64,000 nucleotides of DNA from Octopus sinensis (taxonomy: Eukaryota): the NCBI RefSeq assembly GCF_006345805.1, contig NC_042999.1:41292001-41356000 (forward strand), written 5' to 3'. Shown piece after piece: positions 1-12,608 of the stretch (positions are counted from its first letter, which is position 1; the number at the start of each line of letters is the position of its first letter). Both the position numbers and the translations under genes were made by a program. The notes under the pieces were generated by a model that did not search any database, was not told the origin of the DNA, and was given only the letters and a program-made list of their open reading frames with translations.

Positions 1-352
1 TTTCAGGTTCAGTCCCACTGCGTGGCACCTTGGGCAAGTGTCTTCTACTATAGCCTCGGGCCGACCAAAGCCTTGTGAGTGGATTTGGTAGACGGAAACT
101 GAAAGAAGCCCGTCATATGTATGTATATATATATGCGTGTGTGTGTTTGTGTGTCTGTGTTTGTCCCCCTAGCATTGCTTGACAACCGATGCTGGTGTGT
201 TTATGTCCCCGTTACTTAGCGGTTCGGCAAAAGACAACCGATAGAACAAGTACTGGGCTTACAAAAGAATAAGTCCCGGGGGTCGAGTTGCTCGATTAAA
301 GGCGGTGCTCCAGCATGGCCGCAGTCAAATGACTGAAACAAGTAAAAGAGTA
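1..352 (+). mobile_element. tRNA-derived SINE, type A, 5' end cut by window edge
   Basis: B-box-like GGTTCAGTCCC, CORE/V-like CCTTGGGCAAGTGTCTT, and tail GGCGGTGCTCCAGCATGGCCGCAGTCAAATGACTGAAACAAGTAAAAGAG. Nearly identical to the full copy at 4917-5330. Confidence 0.9.
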
Positions 353-430
353 ATATATAGCTAATCCAAACATGAACAAAGAGAAAACACAACAACGCGA
401 GGACGTGGAACAAGTATAGTGTTATTGGAC
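353..430 (-). mobile_element. Possible terminal fragment of a Penelope-like repeat
   Basis: Minus strand reads GTCCAATAACACTATACTTGTTCCACGTCCTCGCGTTGTTGTGTTTTCTCTTTGTTCATG and then TA. This resembles the T-rich tails of the hammerhead-bearing termini elsewhere in the window. Family assignment is from recall only. Confidence 0.3.
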
Positions 431-1630
431 ATACCTTTTTATCTCTTTATATATATATGTGTGTGTGTGTGTGCTTGTGTATGTATGTATATGTGTATGT
501 ATGGGTGTATATATATTTATATATATTTATATTTATTTGCACACATATACACGCATACGGTGTGTATATCTACTTATGGTATCCCCATCCCCACTCATTT
601 ATTTAGGTCAGTACATATCTTTCTTCTCTTTTCAAAAGTTGTCTTTCTCCCTTTCTGTCATATTTCTATTCTTGTATGTTTGAACACATTTCCTTTTGTG
701 TTATTTTTTATCATTTTTATTTTTATTTATTATTTTTTTTTATATTTATGCATTCATTTATTCATGTATTTTCCCACTTTCTCTTAAAACAAACAAATCC
801 TTGACATAAATATTACCATTGTCTGAAAAGAAAATTACTGCAAACTCTTAGAAAAGGAAGGAAGCCAGCGTTTTAACAAGTTGCTTGACATACGAATTAG
901 AATCAGAAAATAGTGTTGATTCGAATATTTGATAATGTTAATGGAAAAAAAAAACTGCAAAAAATAAATAAAATAAACAAAAATGAGGGAGAGAAAGAGC
1001 GTGGGTAAGCGAGAGAGAGAGAGGGGGGGAGAAAGAGAGATAACGGGAAAAGAAATAAAAGCAGAACATTGATGACATTGGATATAATGAGAGACTAGAA
1101 AATAATGTAAAAAAAAAAAGAAAGAGCAAAAAAAAAACACAAAACAATTAGAATAGCAACGACTACGTCTTTAGAAACAGCAGGATCTTTTTACAAGAAG
1201 CACTCAGCTTCTCTGCATTTACTAGTTTGTTTATTTATTTATGCTATAGTCAACACAACTAAAAATACATCAACATCAATATTACTAACAAGATCATTAA
1301 CAACAATAACAACAGTAGCGATGACAAGAATTGTTATAAAACAAAATTTCTAATCGTTAGAGAATAAATGAATGTTCATTAGTCTATTTTAGAAATCGTA
1401 TTATTAATTAATATTAGAACTAATAAATTTGGGAAAGAGGGCAGCATTTCAAATTTTGTTTAACTAGTTGAAAATATTTCCGTGTAGGACTTTAGGTGAA
1501 AGGACTTAACATTGGGGTCACGGGTTTTATGGTCCATTCTTTACAAAGCATTTCAAAAGTACGATATTAAGAAGAATTATGCAGAAGCTAATCATTTTTA
1601 TATTTTCATATGGATTTAGAGTGATATATT

Positions 1631-2011
1631 CTTTTCTACTCTAGGCACAAAGCCCGAAATTTTAGAAGAGTAGAACAAATCGATTAAATCGACCCCAGTA
1701 TGCAACTGGTACTTAATTTATCGGCCCCTAAAGGATGAAACCAAAGTCGACCTCGGCGGAATTTGAACTCAGAACGTAGCGGCAGACGAAATACCTGTTT
1801 CTTTACTACCTACAAGGGGCTAAACACAGAGGGGACAAACAAGGACATACAAACGGATTAAGTCGATTAGATATACCTCAGTACGCAACTGGTACTAATT
1901 TATCCCCCCCCCCTAAAGGATGAAAAGCAAAGTCGACCTCGGCGAAATTTGAACTCAGAACGTAAGGAGAGACGAAATACCGCTAAACATTTCTGCCAAC
2001 TCGCCGCCTTC
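1631..2011 (-). mobile_element. tRNA-derived SINE, type C, internally duplicated (dimeric) form with 15-bp TSD
   Basis: Head GGCGGCGAGTTGGCAGAA...GTTCTGAGTTCAAATT. The central block AAAGTCGACCTCGGCG(G/A)AATTTGAACTCAGAACGTA occurs twice. TSD TTAGAGTGATATATT at 1616-1630 and 2012-2026. Confidence 0.9.
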
Positions 2012-2807
2012 TTAGAGTGATATATTATCCCAGTGGATACCGTGGCAGCTCTCAGTTAACTTCCAGGTTACGGCTAACCGCGTCGGTTAGTAGTTAACGT
2101 CTATGACTACATCATGACTACTATGATGGATAATTCCGAGTTCGCTTCACTAGATGGTAATATTATTTGTGGTGTATAGTAGCAATAATTATAACGATAG
2201 AGAATATGGGGACTGGTACATCCTCGAAATTTATTTCCTTTTATTTTATGCAGCATATTTTAATGGCTATGAAGACCTATACATGTTTCCACTGCATTGT
2301 GTATGGCCAGTTGCACATGCAACAGGGAATAATTTTCTGTGGAGCTTCGTTCAGGGCCTTTCAACCAGCAAGGCTCGAAGTTAGCGAAAGTAGAATTTAC
2401 TAACCATAGATATTACAGGATGATAAAGGAATAGGAGATGCAGATCTTGCGGAAGAGGTGAATACATGGCTACCCATACTGGAGAGAAAGCGAGAGAGAG
2501 AGAGAGAGAGAGAGAGACTGAGGGCATGTCCTTAAGGTATAAGTGAATATTTGAGAGGAATAAGAAGGATAGAGGAAGAGAGAGGGTGGATGTGTGGATA
2601 CATACACTACAGTGAAAAAGAAGGAGAAGCCGCAGTGATTTTTTGTTCTTTTGGTAACAAATTATTCGGTCCGGAAGTAAAAGCGAGAACTGACTGGTGT
2701 GGTAGTCTTAATCCAGACACTTGAATAGATTAGTGAGATTGTAGCTGTCGCTGGAGTCCGACAGCGCAATGTCTGCAAGAATGAAGACACTGATGGGAGA
2801 TGGTCCA

Positions 2808-2809
<2 letters not shown>

Positions 2810-2857
<48 letters not shown>

Positions 2858-3110
2858 GCATATATACATATATACATACATATATAATGTGTGTGTGTGT
2901 GTGTGAACATATATAAATATGATTCTGATTCTGTACGGATTTGTGCATGAGTATGTGTGTGTATTGGTTATATATGCGTGTGTGTATATGTGTATATATG
3001 CGTGTGTGTATATGTGTATATATGCGTGTGTATTTATGTGTGTATATATATATGTGTATGTGTGTGTACACACGCACCCAAGCACAATTATAGACATATA
3101 CATGTATATG
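2810..3110. repeat. Compound (TA)n/(TG)n microsatellite
   Basis: Direct reading of the sequence. Confidence 0.95.
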
Positions 3111-3872
3111 TATTGAAACACAGGTTACTTAAATTGACGAGTTGGCAGAAACGTTACACTATCTGTTAGATTGCTTTGCGGTAATCGTTTCGAGTTTCTG
3201 TGACCTGTGTTGAACTTAGGCTACGGTCAGCCCCGCCTTCTATCTTTTGGGGATTCATTAATGGTACAAATCATCTCTACATTTCTCTCTATTTCTCTTT
3301 TTATCTTTCGCTTTTCTGGAAGAAATACATTGAATTCAAACCTTGACAGAATTGTCTCGGCCAAGTTTCGAAAATTCCCCAGATGCGCCGTATGTCACGG
3401 CATTACCCCTACAAATCCCTTAAAACATTTTAAAGTCTATTACAAGACTCTGTCTTTCTGTGTATGCGCGCGTGCGTGTGTGTGTGTGTGTATGTGTAAA
3501 ACCATTGGTTAAACAATGAAGAACTGTTATGCAATCAGTCAACAAAACCTCATTGTTATTCTGTTGTTAAAACGTGTCAACTTGACGTCAGCTTTCAACT
3601 TTCTGTTTTTCGCACTTATTCTCTAGTTTCTCGTTTAACTTTAGTCCCAATGTGGTCTGCCAAGTTTTTGTTTTTTTTTCATTTGTGTTAAATGTCATTT
3701 TGTACCTATTCGTTATGCTACAACTATTGTCTTGTCTCTTTTGGTTTTTTATATTTACGAATTGTTATGAAATATAATTTATGTGTTTAATGTTTATTCG
3801 CAGAATCAAACTATTTAAAATATAAATAGACAGATATTCAAAATGATATATATATAAATATATATACACGTA

Positions 3873-4211
3873 GGCGCATGGCTCAGTGGTTAGAGCGTCG
3901 AGCTTACGATCGTGAGGTTGTGAGCTCGAATCCCGGACCGGGCTGCGTGTTGTGTTCTTGAGCAAGGCACTTTATTTCACGTTGCTCCAGTTCACTCAGC
4001 TGTAGAAATGAGTTGCGACGTCACTGGTGCCAAGCTGTATCGGCCTTTGTCTTTCCCTTGGATAACACTGGTGGCGTGGAGAGGGGAGGCTGGTATGCAT
4101 GGGCGACTGCTGGTCTTCCATAAACAACTTTGCCCGGACTTGTGTCTAGGAGGGTAACTTTCTAGGTGCAATCCCATGGTCATTCATGACCGAAGGGGGT
4201 CTTTACCCTTT
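3873..4211 (+). mobile_element. tRNA-derived SINE, type B (tRNA-Arg-like head), full length with TSD
   Basis: A-box TGGCTCAGTGG, B-box-like GCTCGAATCCC, then CTTGAGCAAGGCACTT. TSD TATATACACGTAGG at 3861-3874 and 4212-4225. Confidence 0.88.
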
Positions 4212-4326
4212 TATATACACGTAGGATTTTTACGTTTATGTAGATGGAGCTTATACGTGTTCTTACTTTATACGACCAGCATTCTATTTTCTCTGCTGCA
4301 CTAATTAAACTGTTGTCAGGCAATAA

Positions 4327-4361
<35 letters not shown>

Positions 4362-4916
4362 CTCTCAGTCTCTCTCACATTGTCTCCACGGAGACGTGTT
4401 TAGGCAGTCTGATTTTACTCGTTTCTTCTGTTTTTCTAACACTTACTTTTACTGCATCCTATCTTTCTCTCTCGCACACACACTGTTTCAGCCAGTGGTT
4501 AGATTTCATTTTACATAATCTCGAAAGAGTTTTCCAATTTGACAACGATACATCATATTCTCTTATGACCGACTATTATCTTGTATATATTTGACGCCAT
4601 AGCACAAGTGATTACATTCCCATAAACATTTTCTACATATATTATCAAATTAAATTTCTTATGCATGAATATTTATATACACATTTTCCATCACACCTTT
4701 CTGCCTCACAATTTCTCAAATAGATTTGTGTGTGTAAATTTTGTCTTGATTAATGTTATAAACGAAATTGACTGTTGTCATTTTGTTCCATTTTGACCTG
4801 CACGCGCAAACCATCTTCTGTGTAATGTTTTATCGTACATTTCTACCCAATCAAATAGGAAGAGGTCAATTTTCTGATTGTGTAGGAAACGTGTATATAT
4901 GTATTTTATATATATA

Positions 4917-5330
4917 GGCGCAGGAGTGGCTGTGTGGTAAGTAGCTTGCTAACCAACCACATGGTTCCGGGTTCAGTCCCACTGCGTGGCACCTTGGGCA
5001 AGTGTCTTCTACTATAGCCTCGGGCCGACCAAAGCCTTGTGAGTGGATTTGGTAGATGGAAACTGAAAGAAGCCTGTCGTATATATGTATTTATATATAT
5101 ATAAGTGCGTGTGTGTGTTTGTGTGTCTGTGTTTGTCCCCCTAGCATTGCTTGACAACCGATGCTGGTGTGTTTACGTCCCCGTCACCTAGCGGTTCGGC
5201 AAAAGAGACCGATAGAATAAGTACTGGGCTTACAAAGAATAAGTTCCGGGGTCGAGTTGCTCGACTAAAGGCGGTGCTCCAGCATGGCCGCAGTCAAATG
5301 ACTGAAACAAGTAAAAGAGTAAAAAGAGAA
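4917..5330 (+). mobile_element. tRNA-derived SINE, type A, full length
   Basis: Head GGCGCAGGAGTGGCTGTGTGGTAAG with A and B boxes, internal TA/TG tract, AAAAGAG tail, inserted in TA-rich sequence. Confidence 0.92.
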
Positions 5331-7139
5331 TATATATATAATACGCTGTTATTGTTACCTCTCCGAACAATTTTTGAATTTATCAGGATTTCTGTATTAT
5401 GTTTAAAAGCGCGTGCATTAATTGAAACGTAAGCAAAAACATACAAAAACATACGTACATACGCTGACAAAGATATTACTTATGTTCAACTGTCCGTAAT
5501 TGAAGTTTTCAGAATGAATTCTTCAGCAAATTTCATAGAACATTTTCATCAGCAATATGACAATGAGAAAAAGCAACATACTCCTCGCTTGTCTTCTATT
5601 ACCTTCATTTCTGCTATAGGTTAATGTCCTAAAGTCGTATCTGATGTTACAAGTTTTCATAATTAACTCTTATGTGGAACACAGCACACCCCTGTCTCAA
5701 ATTCTCAATTATTTCGCAGAGAATATACTGAAACCTGAAATTTTTAAATCCTTTACTATTATACAGTTATAGTTACCAGCATATTATCATATAAAAGCTC
5801 ATACCCTTCTTGCCCTCTATGTTCAAATTAATTGTTTAATACTTGATGAATAACTTGACATGATACATCTCAGCTCATCTACACTCTAGTTACAGATTTC
5901 GCTTTTGCCTAAGGTAATGAAAGATGGTGATTTGACAAAGTATTCGAGTATCGACACTAAATACCTCACCTTTTTTTATGTTCTCGCGTTCAATTTCGAG
6001 CGATGTCATATATCCCGTCAGTCTTCCAAGAATGTACAGTATAATTCAACAGGAATGTACATGTGTAGCTTTAATGGAGTATTCTCTCCACACCCAGTTG
6101 TGGTGGGGTTGTGTATTAAGATCAGGTATCAATATTTAAAGTAATAAATAGTCATTTTGCCTTACAGCTTACGCTAGCTCTCCTAGAAAACAGCGGTTTA
6201 GACTTTGTTGTAGTTGCCTGGATGACTTAAGCTCTGTGCTTTTGGACCATATGTGGTTAAAAAACTTGTTTAATATTTAGAGGTCGTATATGAAGAAATG
6301 TAAAATTTTTGAAGAACGGACGTACCTTCAATAAAGAGAAAATTGTGAAAACGCTTTTCGATTACACATTCTCAAATTATTTAACTCAACTGTTCCATAA
6401 AATTGCCGGCATGGTGATAATCGTGAGAAGTGTATGACATTGAATGTCAAGCATGATGTTGATAATATTTAAAACCGCAAGTACATGCTATGCTTTGAAA
6501 ATAAAACGCGTTTTGAGCAATGAATAATGTCAACCTATTTCATCCTGTGAAAAAGCCTTGGGAAAATTCAAGTATATCTTAATAAAAAAAAACGATAAAA
6601 TGCACCTTTGTTCGCTTTGCTTCAATAAAATGCAATCAATATTTTCGCTAGAAGTTGAAGATCAGCCTTTTAAGCATTGGATATTGAGGTGCAAGAAATG
6701 TAATATACATTGTAATTTGCACTGAAGAAAATCAAAGGTGGATTACGCATAATGAAATAAGTAGAACTGAGCCCGTTATACATTGAAGGCAAAGCCTCCA
6801 TTGATTTTATCGCCATGGTATATGATTATGTTCAGCGATCGAAATACGTAGAAATTTCTACCCTTAAATTATCGTTGACTTTTAATATGAAATACCTTAT
6901 TCTGTACCGAGAATGATATAAGCCTGTACGATTCTTCATAGCAGAAGAAAAACGTTAACTTTACTGGAGTATAGAAACCAAAAAAATCTACCTTTGTTTC
7001 GTAGATATGGATCAGATTGTGAATTTTATCGTGAAAGATGTTTTAAATTCCTATATTTTATATTTAACTTTGATTTCAAAACTCAGTGAATATGAGAATT
7101 AAGCACTGATTTCTAACAATTCTTCCTACGATAGGCAAA

Positions 7140-7335
7140 GACTTGGAATATGTGGGTGGGGGAGGAAGCAAGCCGATTACATTTGCTCCTGTGCTTGACT
7201 GGTATTTATTTTATCGATCCGGTGGATGAAAGCAGATTCGATTTTGGCTGAATTTGAATATTATAACTCAGAACATAGGGACGGATGAAATGCCGTTGAG
7301 CATTATATCCGGGTGCTAACGATTCTGCTTTACCG
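7140..7335 (-). mobile_element. SINE type C, degenerate
   Basis: Contains AACTCAGAACATAGGGACGGATGAAATGCC and GTGCTAACGATTCTGC, matching the other type C copies. Confidence 0.7.
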
Positions 7336-7479
7336 ATTTCTAATTACAGGAGCAGATTTAACAACAGCTCCTTCAAAAAAAAAAAAAAAACACACAGGTC
7401 TCTCCCCACCATGTGGCTCTCCATTTGAGAAAAATTTACAGAAAATTGCTTTTATTAATAGCAGCAGCAAAAGCTTCAT

Positions 7480-7538
7480 GATTTCCAAGTAGCAGTATTA
7501 ACAGCAAAAGTAGTAGTAGTAGTGGTAGTGGTGGTGGT

Positions 7539-7590
<52 letters not shown>

Positions 7591-7613
7591 TAGTAGTAGT
7601 AGTAGTATAAGTT

Positions 7614-7670
<57 letters not shown>

Positions 7671-7680
7671 TCAGCAGCGG
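7480..7680. repeat. Compound (AGT)n/(GGT)n/(AGC)n trinucleotide microsatellite
   Basis: Direct reading. It accounts for the poly-T/poly-L ORF at 7436-7933. Confidence 0.95.
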
Positions 7681-9168
7681 CGGCCTTAGACTTAAAAATA
7701 TAATTTGTCTTAACTTTCAGCAAAACAGAGTAATTGTGCTTATCTCTCTGTATGAGAATTTCCCTAAATAGACAAATTAAAGCAGACATATTTTCCAGTG
7801 AAAGGTCTACGTTTATTATCCGACTAATGACCATAATCTGTCCAAATACAATTTCATAACAATGAGAATAAACACATGTGACTAGAGAATAATAGATAGA
7901 GGGGTAGAAGCTGAAATGTTGAGATAGTAACATTTGCGACGAGTTAGAAGTGTATAGAGATAACTATAATTGCTAGGTACCGCAACATTATGAGAGATAG
8001 TTAGACGCAATGATTGACTGATTGATAACCAGGAAAAATATGTTATTTCGGAGTAGACTTATGCATATGTGTTTGTCTGTTTATGTGTACACACACACAC
8101 ACACACACACATATGTGTATGTATATATATATACTCAAATACACACACACAATTACATACATATATGCATCTATATACATACATATATATTCGAAGGTTT
8201 GGAGATGATGTACATATATATATATGTGTGCGTTTGTGTGTATGTATATATGAATGTTTGTATACGCGTATGTGTATAATGATATATATATATAAGCAGA
8301 GAGAGTGAGTGATATAGTGAGGCTACAGCTGACATACAGGCAGACAGTGCAAAGAGGATTGCACATTCATAAAGACATGCGGACGTATATAATTTTAATT
8401 CATTAGCGGTGTGATTTGAGATTGTAGAAAATGAGACCCAATCTAATGTTTTACCCTAACCAATGATGAGTTAAGAGACAAAGTGTCCAGTCTAATATGA
8501 TAGTTGTTGTAACATGCAAAATGAAATTAGTTTAAGGCTCCTTCAGGACTTACTTCTCATAAGGTTGTATGAGACTTATTGTAGATTATAACAAGCAATT
8601 CAGAAATACATCGATGTTATTGTTTTCTTTTCCTCTACATAAGTAATTCCAAGGGTAACAGATAGTAATGCAATTAGACTTTTCAGATATTAATGATGTT
8701 TACTTGGGTATTTGGGAACTTGTTAAACTTTTGGAATTAGTTTTGTAGTGAAGTCATTTCCATCAAATTGCCATTATCTGTTTTGCTTGTATCACAGTGT
8801 AAACTGCGCATATAACATTCCACTATTAATGTCGACATTATGCTTCAAATTTCTGGAATGTTCCATACAAACCGTCAAGATTTCACATACGTTTTAATAA
8901 TCGTTGTTCTTTTTAAATTCAAGCTTCGTACTACATAACAATGTTGTCTTGTGACTTCTGTTTCTAATTCTTACATTCCTCTATTGCCTTGGATGATGTT
9001 TTTAAAGTCCTTAATTGGAACAACCTACTGTTTTAATCCATCTCACTATCTCTATCTCTATCCTTCTCTCTCCCTCTCTCTCTGTATATATATATACATG
9101 TGTGTGTGTGCGTCTGTGTGTGTGTGTGTGAGGGGAGAGTCATTCTCTTTTACTGCCTCATTATTTAA

Positions 9169-9345
9169 CACACTCACCGGTCCGATTTTCACTCATTTGC
9201 TTATTTATTTTTTTCTAAAACGCAGCTCTGATAACGGACAGAGTCAACAACTGTTTAATAGATTGCAAGGAGCAACGGAAATTTTCGAAAAAAAGTTTAG
9301 AAAAGATAAATATATAAATGAGTGGAAATCGAACCGGTGAGTTCG
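9169..9345. mobile_element. piggyBac-type MITE (177 bp, TTAA TSD)
   Basis: TTAA at 9165-9168 and 9346-9349. Left TIR CACACTCACCGGTCCGATTTTCACTCATTT versus reverse-complemented right TIR CGAACTCACCGGTTCGATTTCCACTCATTT (26/30 identical). Confidence 0.8.
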
Positions 9346-9479
9346 TTAAATAGTAAGGCACTAAAAGAGAATGACTTTCTCCAAACGCAATAAAATATGC
9401 TTCAACACACGAATTCCCATAAAGAATCTTGGTAACGTAATACAAAAAACGATATATATATATATATATATATACACCA

Positions 9480-9615
9480 TAGGCGTGGCTGTGTGGTAAG
9501 AAGCTTGCTTCCAAACCACATGACATTGGAATTAGTCCCACTGCGTGGCACCTTCGGCAACTGTCTTCTGCTATAAGCTTGAGCCGACTAACGCCTTGTG
9601 GATGAATTTGATAGT
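9480..9615 (+). mobile_element. SINE type A, 5' fragment
   Basis: GGCGTGGCTGTGTGGTAAGAAGCTTGCTTCC...CCCACTGCGTGGCACCTT. It abuts the Tc1 remnant. Confidence 0.8.
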
Positions 9616-9619
9616 TAGA

Positions 9620-9915
9620 CACGTCCGAGAAAATAACATTCTTCCACTTCTCTAAGTACCAATTCTGTAGGTTTTTACTCCACTCTAAACACCTTGCAAC
9701 GTTTGTTTTTGAAAGTAGTGGTTTTCTGATTGTAGCGCTCCCATAAACAGTTTTTGCAGCTCACGGCGAACAGTTTTCGTGGAAACTGGGTTCTCGAGGT
9801 CGTCATTAAGCTCTGCAGTTATTTTGGGCGTTATACTTTTGTGATCCTTTCTAACAATTCGCGTAAGAGTCCGACGGTCCCTATCTGAAAGTTTTGGTTT
9901 TCTTCCGCAGTTTTG
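9620..9915 (-). pseudogene. Tc1-family transposase remnant (DNA-binding region to first catalytic Asp)
   Basis: Manual translation gives CGRKPKLSDRDRRTLTRIVRKDHKSITPKITAELNDDLENPVSTKTVRRELQK, then a frameshift, then IRKPLLSKTNVARCLEWSKNLQNWYLEKWKNVIFSD. This matches the Tc1 GRxxK, RKP and W..V.FSDE motifs. More degenerate sequence probably extends to about 10140. Confidence 0.85.
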
Positions 9916-11264
9916 ATCGTATGTATCTACAAACGTATGTTTGTTGAGTGTATCGCATATTTAGTTATCAGTACTTCAAAGTTGAGAAGAATCTTTGTTA
10001 GGTAGCCCTACTAAGTAAACCAATAATTAAGACCCTTCTTGAATGACAATTTTCGAGCGAGTAATTAACAACAAAAAGTGCATAACATCCGTGTCATTCA
10101 ATGTGAATGCCGCGCATATCATAGCTACTTATTTGTCGTTACAAAGTGTTTGGCATCCTATTTATGTTCGATGTAACGTTGAAACAATTTTACTTAATAA
10201 TTATGCTCTTACATTCAAGGCGTTAAATATTGCATATATTCTAAACATTGCTCAGTTTTAAAACTTGAACTTATGGCCTACAGAACTCATGGGCTCGGGA
10301 ACAGGGGTTGCTGGGGGTACAAGCGTATCTCTAGAATTTTCAGGGAGTGCAAAATCAAAGTTTGCCCCCTACCTACTTTCCTCAGGAAAGCCTGGAGTAA
10401 AAGATGATCTGTAAAAAGTAGCTTGAAGTTAGGTATCTTCTCAAAGAACAAAGAACAAAATTAAATATATAAAAATAACAAGACCTCGTTTTAAAAAAAA
10501 AGCAAATTTCGTTCCGAGGTTGTAACTGAAAAATCATTATTTTCTTCAAATGCTCGAAAATTTTCCTGGCACAATGCTCGTGTTAAACCGGTGCTCGTAA
10601 ACGCATTTTTATTAAGTTCTCTCGCAAGTCTGTATATCTTACGAATTCTGAGATATATAAGTTGTATTCAATCTTTTGTTAAGGTTCTTCTTATATGTAT
10701 CTGTCTTTGTTTATATAGCTGGACTATCGATATGAATTCTTAGCTGTAGGATAACCTGAAAGAGACTACGACGCAGCATCCTGCTCGGTGGGGAAGCTAA
10801 GCACTACTGGATCTCCTTTCTAAGTGGACTAGTGGATATAATAAGAAATTAGTTTAACAGTCGTTCAGGGCAAGAAAATACAATAAACATGTGTGTTAGA
10901 ATAATCAAGGGTAATGTCATAAGGTTGAGGTTATAATAAATATTTCTTTTATCGTATTCTTGGAAGATGAAGGAATTAAGAGAGCTATCTTCCAATTGTA
11001 ATAACGTACTGACAAGTGCTCATATGCTTTCATTAAAAGGAATCAGTTTCTCATGAACTGCCATGGTTTTACTCAGCTGTTGTAGCATTTACACCGTTTT
11101 ATAATGGGAAATGGAGCTAAAAACCTGCGAACATTAAAACGTTTACTATTAATCCCTCAGACTGCTACAATATAATGAAGTGCATAAAAATATTTAAGGA
11201 TTTATTATAAAGCATAAAATGCTTACACAAAAACTCTCTTTTTCTTCATAGTTCATGTAATATC

Positions 11265-11700
11265 TTTTATTTGTCGTCTGTTACTTGTTTCGTTCATTTG
11301 ACTGCAGCCGTGCTGAGGCACCGCTTGTCGGGAGTGTAGCCGATAAATTCCACTACAATACTTAATTGTTTTAAAGCATGGTAATTATTCTGTCGTTCAC
11401 TGTTGCCGGACCGCGATGTTACGAGGACGTGAACAAGTCAATACCATTTGCCAGGTAGTGTTGACAGCAACCACAATAAACAAAAAAATCCGTACACGTA
11501 CCTCACACATACACATATTTATATATATATACAGACGCCGGGTTTCTTTTAGTTTCCGTCCACCAAATCCATTAGCAAAACTTTGTTTGGTCCGGGATTA
11601 TAGTACAAGTTACTTGCCTAATGTGCCACAAGGTGGGAATGATCCTGGAACTATGAGATTGAGAAGGAAACTTCTTACCACCCAGCCACGCCTACGTCTG
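11265..11700 (-). mobile_element. SINE type A, old full-length copy
   Basis: Reverse-complement tail CATTTGACTGCAGCCGTGCTG and head CTTACCACCCAGCCACGCC. Confidence 0.8.
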
Positions 11701-12267
11701 TAATATATAGAATTTATATAATATCAATTAGAAAAATGTGACAAAAGGTTAGATTACTAGCGAAAAAATCATGAAATAAAACTCGAATCACCAAGTGATA
11801 AATAATGGCAAAATAAAACGTCGATAAAAAGTTAATAAAATCCGATATTATATAAATATTATATAAATTATCAAATATTATATAAATCCGATATTATATA
11901 AATATTATAAATGAAGTAATCTTAAAGTGTCGCATGTAAATAAGGAGTTCATTTTTTAAACAATTGTTCTACTTATTCTAATACATGTGATGAATATTGT
12001 AGAGTTATTTGCCTATATTAATCCAGTTTTAATTATCCGTTGAAGTCACTTCCCTTCGATAGAAAATGTCTAATCGGCACTTTGACCATATCTTTCGAGG
12101 GTTGCACATTTGCAACCTGTGCTGACGTGATTAATCCTCAACAGCGATCCAACTGAAATCATTAATCTTAAATCTTTCATTTCAGTTATTACTTCTTGAA
12201 TAGTTATAGCTACTATATATTCGCTATCGATAATTAGTAATAACATCCAGAAAGAGTAATTACTATA

Positions 12268-12608
12268 CTGTTAGTTACGACCGCGGTCATACGACCCCTG
12301 AAGGTCTATACGGGGGGTCCGCAAAACAAAATAGAAAATCGGAGATCAACAATAGTATTTTAAAGGCCCCTGAAAAAAATTACCTTAGATGTATGTATGG
12401 TATGCATTGCAAGAAACAGCTAGGTTTATTTCTCAAACATTTTACATAGTTCACCCTTCACAAGTTAATGTGTGAGTAGTAAAATAGTAATTTTGAAAGA
12501 AGTTTCTATAAACTAGTTTTTTAAACGATGACTGGATATAAGGGTCCACCACAACAAAATACTAATCAAAGGGTCAAAATATGAATTTTTAAATGGTCGA
12601 GACCCCTG
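12268..12608. mobile_element. hAT/Charlie-like MITE remnant
   Basis: Shares GGGGTCCGCAAAA and CATA(C/T)G(G)ACCCC blocks with the MITE at 49177-49447. The right end GGTCGAGACCCCTG resembles the TIR GGTTGAGAACCACTG. Confidence 0.5.

Noticed and set aside
839-954. Minus-strand exon-like segment encoding MSSNLLKRWLPSFSKSL
   Set aside because: The acceptor comes from generic T-rich sequence, the donor (A|GTAATT) is weak and no homology is recognised.
3323-3389. 67-nt exon-like segment NTLNSNLDRIVSAKFRKFPRCA
   Set aside because: The pyrimidine tract is a CT-type repeat common throughout the window, the acceptor is AAG, and the phase does not link to other candidates.
3873-3950. tRNA gene-like sequence (also at the other SINE heads)
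   Set aside because: It has A/B boxes but no complete cloverleaf or acceptor stem, and it is followed by a SINE body and flanked by a TSD.
5520-5555. CTGATGA and CTGAAGA on the minus strand as possible hammerhead cores
   Set aside because: No helix II, and the putative cleavage position is G. Other CTGATGA hits (13887, 37767, 37867, 41803) also lack helices.
6022-6125. NSTGMYMC motif resembling an Ig DxGxYxC strand
   Set aside because: Short motif, phase 0-2 rather than the usual 1-1, weak acceptor and no other Ig features.
7436-7933. 165-aa ORF with poly-Thr and poly-Leu
   Set aside because: Produced by the compound trinucleotide microsatellite.
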